Source: Lama guanicoe (taxonomy: Eukaryota). Taken from it: a DNA stretch of 64,000 bases. Shown one piece after another: positions 62,871 to 64,000 of this stretch. The DNA lies in contig MU053561.1 in the NCBI GenBank assembly GCA_013239625.1, positions 560,826 through 624,825 of the forward strand, in the 5' to 3' direction. Positions within the stretch are counted from its first letter, which is position 1. The number at the start of each line of letters is the position of its first letter. The notes beneath the pieces are model-generated. The model saw only the letters and a program-made list of their open reading frames with translations. It was not told the DNA's origin and searched no databases. Position numbers and translations under genes: made by a program.

Positions 62871-64000
62871 GGATAGGTCTTGCCTTTCCATAGGTCCAGA
62901 GGGGCCCATTGGGAAAACTCGCCGATAAACGGAGGCAAGTTCAATTCTAAATCTGACTCAGCTACTGGCTTTACTTGCCCTTCCCCTTCCTCATTCCCTG
63001 CCTCCCTCCTTCCTTCCAACATAATTCATCACATTTACCTCCACTCTGTGTCTGTATCTTCCAAATGATCTGCTTCACCTTTCAAATGGGGCTGAGTGTG
63101 TCTAGAAGGAGCTTTTTCCTAGTGACTTTATAGAGTACTAAACATTACTCCTTTTTGAGTTGGGGGGCATAGGGTAGGAGGAAAGGGACATGAAAATACT
63201 GCAAGTTCTAAGAACTAGGATTTGAGCAGTCTTGGCAAAGTTGGTTGAACCCACACCGAAGTGATCTGCATCCTACAGAAGGGATTGTGGTGGTGGTGGG
63301 TGTTCGGGGAGTTCACGGCTTGCTGTGGGAGTTGAGTCAACAAGCTGGAGCTGAAACCGTCTAATGAAACTGACAATGGTGCCTCCCTGGACTCACTCAC
63401 TCTCTGGCTTGTCATGTGATGGTGAGAGGAGGGCTCAGGCACATTCAGACCCAACCTCCTCATTGAACAGAAGCCCGGAGGGGCAAATACTCAAAGTCAC
63501 GTAGCACAGTGTCTGTGGTGGCCCAAACCAGGGCTCTCCCTCATGACTGCTAGTTCAGTGCTTAGAACCAGATGCAGGATTGATCTTACTTGCCTGACTG
63601 CTCCCACCATCACCTCTGTTTGGTTCCCCCTTCCGTTTAAACAAGTGTCCCTTCCTGGTGGGGGAGAAGAGCTCCCTTACAGATGGTGTAAGTCAAAGTT
63701 CATTGGACCATGCATACTTGAGAGGTCAACTTTCTGTACGCAGGATGGGTTATCAACATCTCCAAACCAACATGGAACTGAACGTTTTTCCTTTGTCCCA
63801 GCTCCCCTCAGCAGCTAGCCCATCCTGGGGTCTTGTCTCCACACGGTGGGCTATTCATTAATAGAGCCTTGAGTGGTCAGGCCAGAGGAATTTCTGCTTG
63901 TACTTGCCAAAGGCGATTCTCCGTGAATAAAGCTGTAAAAAGGTGACCTGCAATTTGAGAAGTGTGGGTGTGTGTTTGTGAGTGTTTTTCTTTTAAATCA

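Noticed and set aside
61950..63022. ORFs of 93-174 aa in the second GC-rich patch
   Set aside because: Overlapping frames on both strands, no domain similarity, no consistent splice-flanked exon

Overview
Mammalian, almost certainly camelid (alpaca/llama/camel) genomic DNA, judged from three copies of a tRNA-derived SINE of the vic-1 type. I find no supportable protein-coding exon; the ORF track consists of chance ORFs and retroelement debris. About 45 kb of repeat-rich intergenic sequence (L1, L2, MIR, MaLR/ERVL/ERV1 LTRs, hAT MITEs, and a deleted ERVL-class provirus with a nested antisense LTR) precedes a CpG-island promoter at about 45.5-46.9 kb. This island carries a probable non-coding first exon on the + strand (donor at 45975/45976) of a gene I cannot name, and the rest of the window is probably its first intron, including a second GC-rich regulatory patch at about 62-62.9 kb. 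Three strong CTCF motifs (17.5, 30.7 and 62.7 kb) share one orientation. I see no evidence of a new biological system. The best leads are regulatory (promoter, CTCF sites, a dense FOX/CRE/TATA-MEF2/ETS/HNF1 cluster at 34.0 kb) and retrotransposition footprints (candidate L1 3' transduction, L1 tail turned microsatellite, nested LTR, recent 182-bp tandem duplication). Repeat family names come from recalled consensus features, not a database search, and repeat boundaries are approximate.
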